In this document: one piece after another, positions 13,711 to 26,302 of the stretch
Layout: every line of letters begins with the position of its first letter
Position numbering within the stretch: position 1 is the first letter of the stretch
Assembly: GCA_028534125.1 (NCBI GenBank)
Contig: CM052816.1
Span: 47,494,001-47,558,000, forward strand
DNA from: Lama glama
Lineage: Eukaryota
DNA length: 64,000 nt
Reading direction: 5' to 3'
Made by a program: the position numbers and the translations under genes
Notes under the pieces: generated by a model
What the model saw: only the letters and a program-made list of their open reading frames with translations
Told to the model about the DNA's origin: nothing
Databases searched by the model: none

Positions 13711-15435
13711 TTATCTCAGTACTCTATGTCCACAGTTTTCATGCTTCCGTAGTCCCTTAAATATGACTTGGGTAAGTGGCAAAGATTTTAAACAATTTTA
13801 CAACCTTTCTTTGAATTTTTATTTTAAATGAACTTGAAAATATTCGTGTTTTTGCAGCATTTACACTATAAACTGTAGTTTCATAAACAGAAAACATTTA
13901 CATAGTTAACATCAGCTTGATGTGCCAACCAATTTAGTTTTAATTTCATTTGCATCAGCTAAATTCAATTTCTCTTTCCCTTCTTACTGAGTTGCTTGAA
14001 CGTCAAAAGGGGGCTTGTAGTCTGTGGAACACTCGTGCTCACTTCTGTCCCTTTTACTTGTCCACCTTGATTTGTGGGGACTTCATATTCTAGTTCAAGT
14101 ATTGGGTATTAAGAAATCTTACAGTTTACCCTTTCTAAGAAAAAATAAAAATGTGACCAGTGATAAAATCACACAGCAAACAGCACACACAAATTCTAAA
14201 AGATTTGTGAAGAAAAATTTTACTCTGTGTCTATTGATAAACATTAAGTAACAAATAAAGGAAGCAAAGAGATTGCTATATCAGATACACAAAGATGCAT
14301 TTTAAATAATTTTAATATTAAAGTATCCTTACTTTAAGATAATTAAATATTCTCTTTTAATTTCTCTCTTAATTTCTCTTCCATCTCATTTATGTTGAAA
14401 ATGCCTACATCCCTTCACCCGAGTTTTCTGGGAAACCTCAGTAAGTTACTATTTTCAGTAACTCCCAACTTGATTCTTGAGGCAAAATCTTACATTTAAT
14501 TAACACACAAACATGTAAGAAACACCCTTTCTCTCTGGAGTTACACAGTTTTTTCCACGCAAAGGAATTTTTCATAAAGAGTTACTGATTGGGGAGAACT
14601 GTACCCTCAAAATACGTTGACCCAGACACACAAATATTCACAGATGTGTGCTCTGCACACAAGCGCATGTGTATTTTCATTAAGTGATGCAGACCCGTGG
14701 CTACCTTATATGTAAATAAAATAACTCTTCACTGATTCTTATACACACAATTCTTTCGATTATCTTTAAATATTGAAAAGAAACTCTCAGGGGACTAGAA
14801 ATGGTATTTATGATATGACTTCCAAGGCAGAAATATTTGGTGTTGGAATTCTACATACTTTTACATTATTTTTTAAACCTGTTGTTTTGCTATGTTTAGA
14901 TCATACAGGAATAAAGCAATCCACTAGAAAAATAAATTGACCTGAATAAAATGGGATATTCTCTCAGAATGCTGAGTTTAGCGAAGAGTAAGACACCTGA
15001 CTCCCCCGGATACTTCCAAACGAGCCTCGCTAATTGGGGTAACCCAAGCCAGTGGCCAAGAGAAAGACTCGAGGTCAGGTGTTTTATTACTGGGATAGTA
15101 CTCAAAAAAAATGACTGTCAGGGGTGAATGAAGAATTATGTCAAGAGCATTCAGCATTACTGCCACTAAAGAGAGAGGAGGGGGAAACATTGCAAAGAAA
15201 AACATGTCATTTTCTAAATGAGCCAGGGGAGGAGGAGGGGGCAATAATGCGGCCTTCAGCTGTTGGTTTATTAGGTTTCCATTCCCATGATCCACATCTG
15301 TGTTAGGCAGAAATAGTTTTACTTTTAATGCAGTTGCACTCGACGACTTCGCTTTCCTGTGGAGTAAAAAATAGCTGCGGAAAAACGTGCAGATGAGGCT
15401 TGTTCTCTGCGGTGGTTTGCTCCCCCACATCCTCT

Positions 15436-15503
15436 GCTGTTTTCCTGGTTCCGTGGCAATCTTAGCCCTGTTGTCTGATTTGCCACGGAGCAGTGAACAT
15501 TGC
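15436..15503. other. Inverted repeat / potential RNA hairpin
   Basis: TCCGTGGCAA (15450-15459) and TTGCCACGGA (15480-15489) are exact reverse complements; imperfect pairing extends outward (ctg/cag, tgtt/aaca). Confidence 0.75.
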
Positions 15504-18500
15504 TTTTCCAGGCAAATCATCCAGTGGTAAATGATATGCGATACAGATCAATAGGGCATCTACAACCATACGGAAAGGGCAATGTTGTTTCTATTAACAA
15601 TTTTGAAAGAGCGTGTGGCCTAATGGTTACAGGATTCCATGGGGTATTGAGGTTTTCGAGCCTTGAATTCCAATTCTGCCTAAGCCGTTGGATTCCTGGG
15701 GATGTTGTCAGCAAGTATTTTCGTTTCTCACTCCCTTTTTCTGGAAAATGATGGAAGTGATCCCCAACAGTATATTCCAGGGTTGCACACATGGCCTGCC
15801 AGAAAGCAGTGAGAATCTGGAGGACCATGGAAGAAGGCTGGGAGAACATCGCGGTGGCTTCAGTGTGCACGCTCCTTCCCACGCGCTCTCCGATTAAGTG
15901 CACCTGTTCCTCACGTAACACTTCTCTGCTTCAGGCTCTCCCTCTGTCTTGCCCCAGCCCATTCAGCAGCAACTTCACATTTATACACTTGAAGTTTCAG
16001 TCAAAGTGGGGCAGGGGCTTGTCTGGGTGCTGGCTGCCTGCATTCTCCTTCAGGGACAGGATATTCCATCTTTATGTCAAGGGAGCCTCTTGTTGGTGGC
16101 ATTTGAGTGAACCCTAATGTAGGAAAACAGCTTCGGAAAAGCAGTTGGCTTTTTGTGGCCATTGCTCACACCAAATGCGAGTGGTTGCTCCTGAGGATTA
16201 ACAGCACACGCCCTTCTTTATTTCAGTTTGGGTAGAGACCTGTGTGAGGGTATGCGTGCACGTGTGTCCATGTGTGAGAGCCAGAGCCAGAGGCCGAGGC
16301 CGAGAGGACACCTCTATAAAGCTATGTGTTGTTGTGACCTCAAGCTAACCTTCGAAATGATGGTAGGCCCTTGAACTGCATTTCCTACTCAGGTTTCTAG
16401 ATTCCAGTTGATCTGAACCCTTTCTTCCTCCTTCTGCCCCTCCCCTCCTTTCTCTCTCTTTCTTCCCCCTTCCCAGTTCACTTCAGAAGAATGTTCCATG
16501 TTTTGTAAACAATTCACTCAAGCAGCAAATCAGAGAAGGAGCAAAGTGACATATTATTCCTGGTGGGATTAAATAACAGGGCTTCAGTGTTAATTTTATT
16601 CAAATGTTGGCAGTTTTGGTTTCGTTTTGCTTTATTTCACTTGTTTTGTCTATTTGTTGGGTATTACACTCAGTAGAAGTGGAAATGCAGCCCTGGGTTG
16701 TTGAAGACGGTGAAAATGAAAAGTTTTGAGGCTGAAGAGACTGTCCAGGGAGATGGAGGCCATGGCTCTCACTATGGGCTCGGTGGACAGCTCGGCCTTG
16801 GTCACAGATTATTTAGGGCAGTGCCTTGTGGGAAGACACTTGGAGAAAACACTTGGGAAACTAGAATTAATATGCTGGTAAAGTAGTTGCCCTGACATTT
16901 TTAGGCTAGCTGACTTAACCACTTAAGTTTCTGTGAAGGAAATGACTGAAATAAGCAACAAATAAATAGCATTCTTTTCCCAAATCAATAGTGAATTTTT
17001 AGTCATTTCTTCTATATTTTGCATATTAAGGAGAGAAGAGTTTTAGTCACTTGAAGATGCTGCAGCGTTTTCTGTGGCCTGTATACTTTCTATGGTCTTC
17101 TTTAATTTTTTTCAAATTCTTCCAACTTAAGATTTTCATTAAAAAAATGTACTTCACATTTATGATATTTCTAAACCACAAAACGTTAATTTTGTGTGTT
17201 TTTTCCCCAAAGAAGTATATTTATTAACAGTTTCCAAATTATTAATGAGTCTCTGGTTTTCCTGAAAGTTATACGATGGCTCTGTAGAATCTTGACCACC
17301 AGCATGGAATAAAAAGTCACCAGATGAGAGAAGTTTAGGAGCTTATTTGTACATAATCACTACTCTGCTATTAATATGTGCTCTGCATTGTCACAGAATG
17401 AATGTGATATTTAACTATTTGAGTATTAAATTATTAAATTATTTGCTATTTAGTTAACTGGTTGGTCAAGTAAACCAATATTAAAGGGAAAAAGTCTCTC
17501 AAAAACAAAACAAAAACAAAAACCAAGAAAAATGTTTTTAAGTGAGATTCTGATCAATAGATTTTCTCTTATATTTTATAAATACTAATATTATAGAAAA
17601 GCAGTTGACAAATGACAGTGTAATTCATCACTTCAAGGACTAGTTAAATCTGCTTGGTGTGACTCCAGACATAATGTGAATGTGGGCTTTTCCGCATGCA
17701 CTAGTGCACCAACAAAAGCATTTACAAAGTACTTTTTTCCCCAGGTGGTTTTCACATAAAACGATTATAAGTTTTATCAAACTCTCGATACAAAAAGAAC
17801 AAAACAAAACATTTGCCTGTGTTGCTTCCATTCACCACTCCTCTACCATAAAAACTTGGAAGTGCCTGCATTTTCCATCTTATGGGAATGGTTTAGTCAT
17901 TCATTCACATGGGAGTCCAAATGAAAAAAAATTTTTTTAAAGGTTTTCACTGAAATAATTCATTGCAATCATTATGGAGGCAGTATCCCCCTCAGAACCA
18001 GTGGAAAGCTATTATTTTTCCGCAAGTGATCAAACTGAACTGAGCGGGCAGTTTCTATAAGCACCTATAAATACTCCCAGGTGGATTTTCAAGCATAAAG
18101 TGACTTTCTGCTCCAGTGGTGTTAGTTAGATGCCACCAAAAAAACTTGGCTGCCACTCACAAGCAGTTGAAATCATACTTCTGGAAATTGTTTTAGATCT
18201 GTATGTAAAATCACTAGTTTAAAAATTATTAAACCACTAGTCTGTATTATATCCCTTATGACCAATTGTGAATTACATAAAATAGCTAAGGAAAGCAAAT
18301 CAGTTATGCAAACCTAAGGATCCTATTTCAAGATATCTTTAATCTATCTATCTTATAGCAACTTATGTAATAATTATGGGATTTTGGGGATTCTGCCTAA
18401 AGTTAAGATTTTAAATGACACCGAAGGTTAGAGCCAACTAAAACATGACTCGCAGGACTCAATTCATGGATCTATTAATATGACGAATTAACTTATGTTC

Positions 18501-19189
18501 TCATAAGCTAAAAATACACAGGGTAAAAAGATAAAACATAGCCTATGAAGCAAATTTTACCAAGTGGTCCATGTGGTCTCCAATACTTGTATTTTGAAGA
18601 GGTGTGATTACATTTTATCGAATCTTTATTTTTCTAAATGTTTTAATTGAATGTCCTCATAAAAATCTCTGGTTTTCATAAATTATCATTCTTAGCCCTG
18701 GTTTCAATGAAATCTGTCTCTGAGCCACTACACAAAGGAAAAAAAAAAATCTTTTCAAGGGTGGCTCAAAACTAAAAAAAAAGCTTTTAGAAATCTTCCA
18801 GATTTTAAGCTGGTATGGAGTTATATCAGGACTGTAAGACCCATTCTGTGTATAAACATAGCTATATCAGCAGCACATGAAATAAATTATGCAGTTCCAT
18901 TTGCCAATGTGTAATATAATTTTTGATCATATGCAAATTTGTTATGAGGTTTTAAAAAGAACCTTTTAAAATACACCCCAAACTACAACAGATTTGTCAT
19001 TCATGCACTGCTGAGCATAGAGGCCGAATTTTACCTTTTTGCAATTGTTTTAAATGAAGGCACTTATCCAAAAGATCAAAACAGCTTTTACAATGGACAT
19101 TTGGTGAAGTGAGATGGTGCTAATATCTGGAGGGGTATGGTAATTGTTCCTGTTGTGAGGCACAGGGAGGTATCTGCCTTCTGTACACA

Positions 19190-19612
19190 TTGGGAAGCCG
19201 CAAATACACCCAATCCAAAAGTAGGTCCCGAAGTTTGGAGGGCAGACAAGATGCCTGGTTATCAGGCAGAGCATTGTGTGAAGCAAAAACACTGCTTGTG
19301 AAAAGCAGGAACAAAGACACTGCCTTTTGCTTTGCTGGTAAAGAATATTAAAAGAGGACAACCACCATCCTGACAGCAGTTTTGAATCCAGCTTTTCACA
19401 TTATGGCCCTGAATGAGGGACCCCACAATATCAGATGAAGAAAGACAAAGAGAATTCTTGACGAAGAAAAAAAAATCAGGGAAGAGAGCAAGAAGACTGA
19501 AAATACGCAAACTTGGTCTGCAGCTGTTTGCCCACGGGCCTGACGCTGAGGGGGCTCTCCCACCCCCAGCTACCTGCTCAGGATAGCAGGCTACCCCCCA
19601 GAGAGCTGGAAG
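19190..19612 (+). promoter_or_regulatory. Candidate promoter and non-coding first exon of an unidentified + strand gene
   Basis: CCAAT at 19210, GATA-like TTATCA at 19259, repeat-free, ends at donor-like AAG|GTAAAG (GT 19613-19614), followed by a CpG-enriched patch at ~19690-19920. Confidence 0.5.
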
Positions 19613-19864
19613 GTAAAGTTCTCAGGAAGCCCCAGTAAATACTGAAACGATGTCTGCTCTTCCAAATTTAATTCGACATTTTCTGAGTGTGTGTCGGGGG
19701 AGGGCGGAATACCCACTTTGTGTCCTGAAAAGGGTCACGCGGCACAGAAAGATTTCTCGGAAAGAATATGCATCTTACTTGACTAAACGCCGAGCTCCCA
19801 GCTTGAGGATAAACTGGATGGCGCGCCCCGCACGGCGGAGGAGAGGCCCAGTGCGGTGTTTTCA

Positions 19865-19878
19865 TGCCATCTAGTGGC
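19865..19878 (-). promoter_or_regulatory. CTCF core motif
   Basis: Minus strand reads GCCACTAGATGGCA, matching CCACYAGRKGGCR. Confidence 0.65.
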
Positions 19879-22800
19879 TGAACCACAAGTCTCCCCAAGA
19901 CTCTGACCGCCGGGAACCGTCCTTGTTTGCATTTAATGTCCACAAGGCTGGTGAAAGAGAGGAACTGTCATTATTATTCAGAGAATTCAGGCAAAAAGGA
20001 GTTATTTTGCTTGAAAAATATAATTATTTTAGTTTAAAGTATCCCAGAAGTTTAAATAACCTGGCTTAAAATTTGGGGCGGGGGGGGGGCGTTTTAGTTT
20101 GGGTGGATATAGTCTAAGAAGTGGGGTTCCTCTCCCTGTCCTTTCCATTTTATCATTTCTCCCTCCAGCTTTTCTTGAAAATTCCTGCTTGGATTTTCAA
20201 TTTCTTAAAGATTTGAAGCCCTTTTTCCCCCTTGTATCCACCAGGCTTTCCTTTTAAATAAAATGCCCCCTTCAGCACTCTAATTCTGAGAGGAGAGGTG
20301 ATACAGGTCAAAGAACCACCTTCTTGGGAACACCTAAATCGTTCTGCTCTCTGACACTTCCGTTAGCACCGCCCAGCCTGGCTGCCCTGCAAGCAGCACT
20401 TGGAACATCGGATTGTAAAAGTTTTGTTTAGAAGCTAAGGTATCATCGTCACTCTCAGAAATACAGCTCTCCATTGTTATCCTTACAAAATATAACGAAG
20501 ATGGCCTAATTCACACTATGTATGTGTAGAGGAAGTGTGCCTGAACTTCCTTTAGTAAGTTACTCTTCAACTGGTATCGAGTGAACTTTACCAAAATCAC
20601 ACATTTCTGTCTTTCCTGTTAGAGATTTATTCCATAGACCCTCTTGTGGTCCCATTGATTCACATGTTTTAATATTACATTTGTTGTACCTACAGATACA
20701 AACCATTCTATTCTGGGAATATAGGATTGCCTTCCTGGATAAAGTGAAAAGATTAGATTTGTAATGTTTTCATTGTGAGGTAGAGATGCCTTTTAATGAT
20801 GCAGAGAAGTTGATTTCTGAATTTATGCCAAGCACCTGCATAGTTGTAGTCATGGGTCAAGAATTAAAGATTTAAAATCACCAAAAAAGGGGGGAGGGTG
20901 GCATCTGTAACACTGCATCTGTAAAACAGGAATTATGAAGATCTTATGGCGTAAGAATCATATATCTTTTAATTATGGCTGGAGATCAATAAGAAATACA
21001 AGCTGTAACTTTATTTATACACATGGTGTTCAATAGCTGATAAATATTTTCCATAAAACATCCCTTGTTGAAAGGGCTTAGTAAATGAATTTAGTATTTG
21101 TGAAGGAGATGTGGAACTTTAACTTTTCATATATTTTAAGCAATATTTCAGAGGAAAAGTGTTATTCATTATTTTCCTTATTTTGGAATATACATTGAAA
21201 CATTCACTTCAAAGAGTCAATTATACACAAATAGAAATTCACAAAATATGAATTTAATCTTTGATAAGATGTATTTGCCTTAGCTGTATTCTTTTTGAAT
21301 ATTTGTGTTTTCACATTTTAATTTAGACAATAAACAGATCTTAAAGTAAGGATGCACTTTTAAAATGCCTAACCCAAAAGAATGTTCTTTAATTTCTCTA
21401 CTTGGTACTAACTTTTAGTATAAATTGTTTAAAGAGAGGTCAAGTTTGGGTTTTCACCTTTCTCCTCATTTATAAATTTTAAACAACTATGGGGGAAAAT
21501 TCATGTTACACAGATATGGAATACTTTCCTCCCGGTTTTTTCTCCTTAAATGGCAATATTAGATTCTTAACAAGAAATACAGCTCACCTGTTTGGTGATT
21601 TTCTAACTTTCTTGTATAATTTCTTAACTGAACTCATAATTTAAACATTGTATTCAGTTTCTACACTTTCTACTAATTAATACATGAGTAGTTCTGTTTT
21701 ATTTCCATATGTAAAAAAGGTACTCAAAAAATTCTGAGAAATAGTGTTCCAATTTTTTATGTAGTATTTGTAGAAATTCAATGTATACATATTTCAAATT
21801 CAGCAGCTCTTTGGCACTTTTTGCTGTCAATAATATTGAGAGCCATAGCGAGTAGTTTTAAGCCAATGCTTAAAACAGCATTCAGAATAATTTGGAAAGC
21901 TAGAAGCTTTTTGTTGGATGGCCTACTAATACTTTTCTGCATTTCTTCTAAGTAGACTCACACAGACAGAAAGGAAAAATAGACTTCTAAGGAGCTTTGA
22001 AAATAGGCTCGCAATAAAATGCTACTTCTGATAAAGATAAATTTACTATAACTACACCCATCCATTGTTTTAAACAAAGTGGGGGAAAAAAATCTCAGGA
22101 AGGTTTTGTTTCAGAGAAAAAGGCATATGGGCATCACACACATTGCTGTCTGAGGACAGTCCTGAATTTTGATGAGAACAAGAAGCTATAATTGGAGTGA
22201 TAGTCTTTTACACTGTTTTTAATTGTAATCAGTGCAGATGTTTGTAGCTTTATGATAGGAAAAATAATGCTTTAAAATATGTATAGTTGATCATTTTTTA
22301 GGCCACAGGCTGCTAAACTTGGCTCATCTTAAAAGATAAATTCGATATTCAAAACTACTGAAAATCGAGAAATCTAAAAGTATTTAAACAAACAAAAATC
22401 AACTATTTATGGTTAGTTCGAATGTCTACATTTGAATTTTACTTAGCTGACAGATAATTTTCTTTTTCTTTTCTGTATCCTTTCTGCATCTAATGAAATA
22501 AACAAAGAAGCTCTATCTATGAAACAAGGGAAAAGGAGAATTCAAATTATGATTAAAAATATTTTTGATACAGAAAATATTAAGATCTTCATAATTCAAA
22601 CTTGGCCTCTAAGGATAAAATAATCTGGCTCATTATTATGATTAATAACTAATCGATATTAGTGTTAGGATTAAATTCTGATGAAAACAATTCTATGTAA
22701 GCATTACGTTTTGCATCTCTCTGGGTTTTTTCTTTTTGCCTATTTTTATCCTAGGATGACTTATGTATATATGGAGATATATATATAAATATATATATAC

Positions 22801-23604
22801 ATAAAATGTCTAAGGAGAAATATTTAGATCAATACAGATGTCTGAATTTTCCAGCTTTTATTCAGATGCTTTTAATGGAATTGATGGAATTAATTGACTT
22901 TGGCATTTATGTTATATACCCGAGGGAGAGTCTTACTATATTTTCTGGAGGAATGATTTGCAACCTCATAAACACAAATCAAGGGGGCCCTTTCCTCCCT
23001 TTCATGTGTAGGAGTGTATTTGGAGTATAGAAATCTCCTAATGAATGTCCTTGCTCAGGTGTTCTGCACCTAATGCTGCCCTTAGAAGAAGATGTGCTGG
23101 AGAGTGGACTATAGTCCTCTTTGGGGCTGCACAGCACCACCCCATTCGAACTGCCTCACAAGTGAAGCAGGGGCTGGAAGACCATGCCCCACACAGGAGC
23201 ATCTGCTGTATTTAAAGCAATCCATGTGTTCAAGACTCAACAAGGCATTTTGAATCCCAATGAGGTTTAGAAATTAGCAGATTAATTTTCCACAAGATTC
23301 CTAGGGGCAATTGTCTTTTTTTCCTTTGTATCAAAAAACATAGTAATTTAACCTATTGCAAACATCTGATGATATTTTGTAGAAAAGTGTAGCTAAGATT
23401 CTGACCTGGTTAACATCTACATTGAGAACTAAAGGTAAAGAAATCAAAATAATAGATTTCTGTTTACAAGACCTTAAGATCCTAACTTAAGAAGGATGTC
23501 CTGCCTTCATCACAATGGCAATTTAGAAATTGATTCATCACCTGAGTGTTTTTGAATGTTATAAGAGAACTTACAACTGTTACATGACTAATAATTATAA
23601 TTTT

Positions 23605-23812
23605 AATAATAGTTGCTATTTAATGCCGTCTGCAATGATTTATATTTTATTTTTGCTCATTTTTAGAGAACAATCTCACTAGATAGGAACTATTCATATT
23701 TTATACATGAAGAAATTTGGTCTCGAGAATTTCGTTTACTTGACCATGATCACAAGGATATCAAACAGTAAATCAGATTCAACCTCACTCATCTTTCCTC
23801 CATGCCATGCTG
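23605..23812 (-). mobile_element. MIR-family SINE (diverged)
   Basis: agataggaactatt...attttatacatgaagaaatttggtctcgag...tttacttgaccatgatcaca resembles the reverse MIR core. Confidence 0.7.
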
Positions 23813-25009
23813 ATTTCTAACATGTGTCCGAGACTGTTCCATATTCTTCAAATATACCATTTGTTTATAGAGCCTGTGACTTTTCCTAAATGCTTCTCAA
23901 ATTGAATCGAATACAGATTTGTAAAATAACAGTATATTTACAATATTCACTTTTTTAAAAAAGCAGACACAAAACTCTTATCACATATGTCAGTAACCAA
24001 AGCACTATTCTTTGGTCAAAATCAGGGGTCATAATGCTAAAAAACTGGATTTAATACAATATTAGAACTAACTTTAATGAATAAATTTGGTAATGATTCT
24101 CTTTGACAATCTGTATCATTAGTCCATTTTAAGGACTGTGAAATGACACCATTTCCCCCTTGTTCATATCTGCAGTATCTCCTTTGCCTAGAGATGATTG
24201 CACTTGACTCATTCATCTTCCCATTAAACGTAAAACCCAGTAGACCTAGCATGGCTTGTTAATCTCTGCCTTCCCTGGCCTCATACTCTCTTCAAAGTCC
24301 ATTACAAAACTCATCTCTGGAGAGTTTGTGGTGGTTGATCTCACTTGATTGGATTCTTCTCTGTCTTGGCACTGCTCACCATTAATTTCTACCATATCAG
24401 TTTGTACAATAAACTTGTTATTTCATTTCATATATGCACTTGAAATCTTCAGTCATATTCAAAGCCTTTAAAGCTGAAGTAATTTTTGTACATTTCTGTA
24501 ATATCCATCCAATGTAATCAGTGGAATGCTCCAAAGAAGAACTATCCTGTGCAAGGCTAAGACGGAATGCACGTCATTGAATCAATCACCCAGTCTTAGA
24601 ATAACAGACAACACTCAGTTCCATTACGTACATTAAGAAGACTTTATTAAATAGAATGAGGCCAATACAAATCCTTATAGAATATTATTTGTGGTCAAGA
24701 ATCTAATAACCTTCTCTGGGTACAGTTGTATAACCACCTGGAAATTTTAATTTAATCTTAACCAGAGTTTCTGAAAGAGCATATCAGGAGGACTAGAGTA
24801 AAAAGTTTTGTTGAAGTTACAACACATCCTTTCATCTACCAAGCATTTGTAATAGCATATCTAAGAGGAATTGTTCTTAATTGGGCTGTACTGATTATGA
24901 CAGAAGATCTTTCATTTTAAAGGGGTTTTGAAACAGTGTATGTTGGAAATTGCTGCATATACATGTACATGTTGCCTAGGTCAAAAGGCAGCAAGTATGA
25001 ATCATTTAG

Positions 25010-25352
25010 TCCACAGTAACAAACTGGTAGCTTTAGGGACAGATCCCACACTCATATATGCTTTGTTTGGTCTGCCCAGCTTTCAAAACAAATTTTTTTA
25101 ACTTAAAACCCAGGGCATTTCACATTTAAAAAAAATTTTGCTTCTTATGAAGGACTAGAAGGTTTAACACTGGGGCCTCTTTGTCGCAGGGTAAAATCAT
25201 CTGGAACTGAACATTAGCTATTCTCTTTAGACAGGGCATACTGTTTCCAATTTGCCCCCATCCCCAGTACTTCTTAGAGAGATTTCCACCAAGCCCACTT
25301 CAAGCATTCATTATCTGCCTTCCGTCTGTAAGCATTTAAGTGATTCCTGATT
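25010..25352. mobile_element. MER102-like hAT-Charlie DNA transposon relic
   Basis: tttgtttggtctgcccag...atttcacatttaaaa...aacactggg...ctggaactga...ctttagacagggcat...tccaatttgcccccatcccc matches the recalled MER102 consensus. Confidence 0.75.
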
Positions 25353-26136
25353 TAGTCTAAGCCCTGCATTTTAAACTATTAAAACGAAAGCTGAGTCATT
25401 TATAGTGATGCATCTAAGCCCTGGGTGTTAGCCACTGAGTGACTAGATGCTTCAGGAGTGAGTTACTTTTAGAAATTTCAAAAGGATTTTTAAAATAGTA
25501 AAAGCATTCTATTATAAATTGCACATACATATGTAAACAATATAATTTTTCAGACTGACTGCAACATGATCTATTACACAAAATATCTTCCATACGTCAT
25601 TTTTCTAAAGGTTAGACAATAAAATGGGCTCTATGTGTTTTAATTAGATATGAAAGACAGAAGGTATTCTGTGTGTATGTAAGAGAAGGAAACAGTTTCA
25701 GTGTAGATAGTTCTTCCCAGCTGAGAGAGTTTATTCTCAAGCACAGGGGTGGAGTTCTTTCTTCCTTGTCTTTCTGCTAGCTCGCACTGGAGTGTCCGGC
25801 AGTGAGAAAGAATTCAGGCCCCAAAGACATGTTGATGTGGAAATCTGACAATGGCCCAAGACCTAGAGATCTGTACTGCTCTGTGTATTCCCAAGAAAGA
25901 TTAAGAGAACAGAAGAATCTAACTACGCCAAGAACTTCCTGGTAATCTGAATCCTTCGAATTTTCTTGGCCTCCTTGGGCAGAAATTCTGACTTTGGATC
26001 AGAGAGAGAGTCTGCTCTAAATAGATCCCTCTTTTCTTGAGAGAGAGCTAACCCAGTAGCACTGAATTCATTTAAAGGGAAAAAAAGCTGGCAGCATAAT
26101 TTCTTTTTAAAAATTATTCATAACAGCGCATTTCTT

Positions 26137-26302
26137 TAAAAAAATTTTTATTGAAGTATATTCAATTTACAACTTTGTGTTAATTTCTGGTGTACAACAT
26201 AGTGATTCATGTGTGTGTGTGTGTGTATATATATATTTTTTCATTTTCATATTCTTTTTCATTGTAGGCCATTACAAGGTATTGAATATAGTTCCCCGTG
26301 CT
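26137..26302 (-). mobile_element. 5'-truncated L1 3' end (artiodactyl/camelid type) with target-site duplication
   Basis: tttttattgaagtata...ttctggtgtacaacatagtgattca...ttttcatattctttttcattgtagg...attgaatatagttccccgtgct; flanks ACAGCGCATTTCTT (26123-26136) and ACAGACCATTTCTT (26303-26316). Confidence 0.88.

Noticed and set aside
14978..16117. Cluster of longer overlapping ORFs (180, 134 and 108 aa)
   Set aside because: Locally higher GC lowers stop-codon frequency; no recognisable protein similarity
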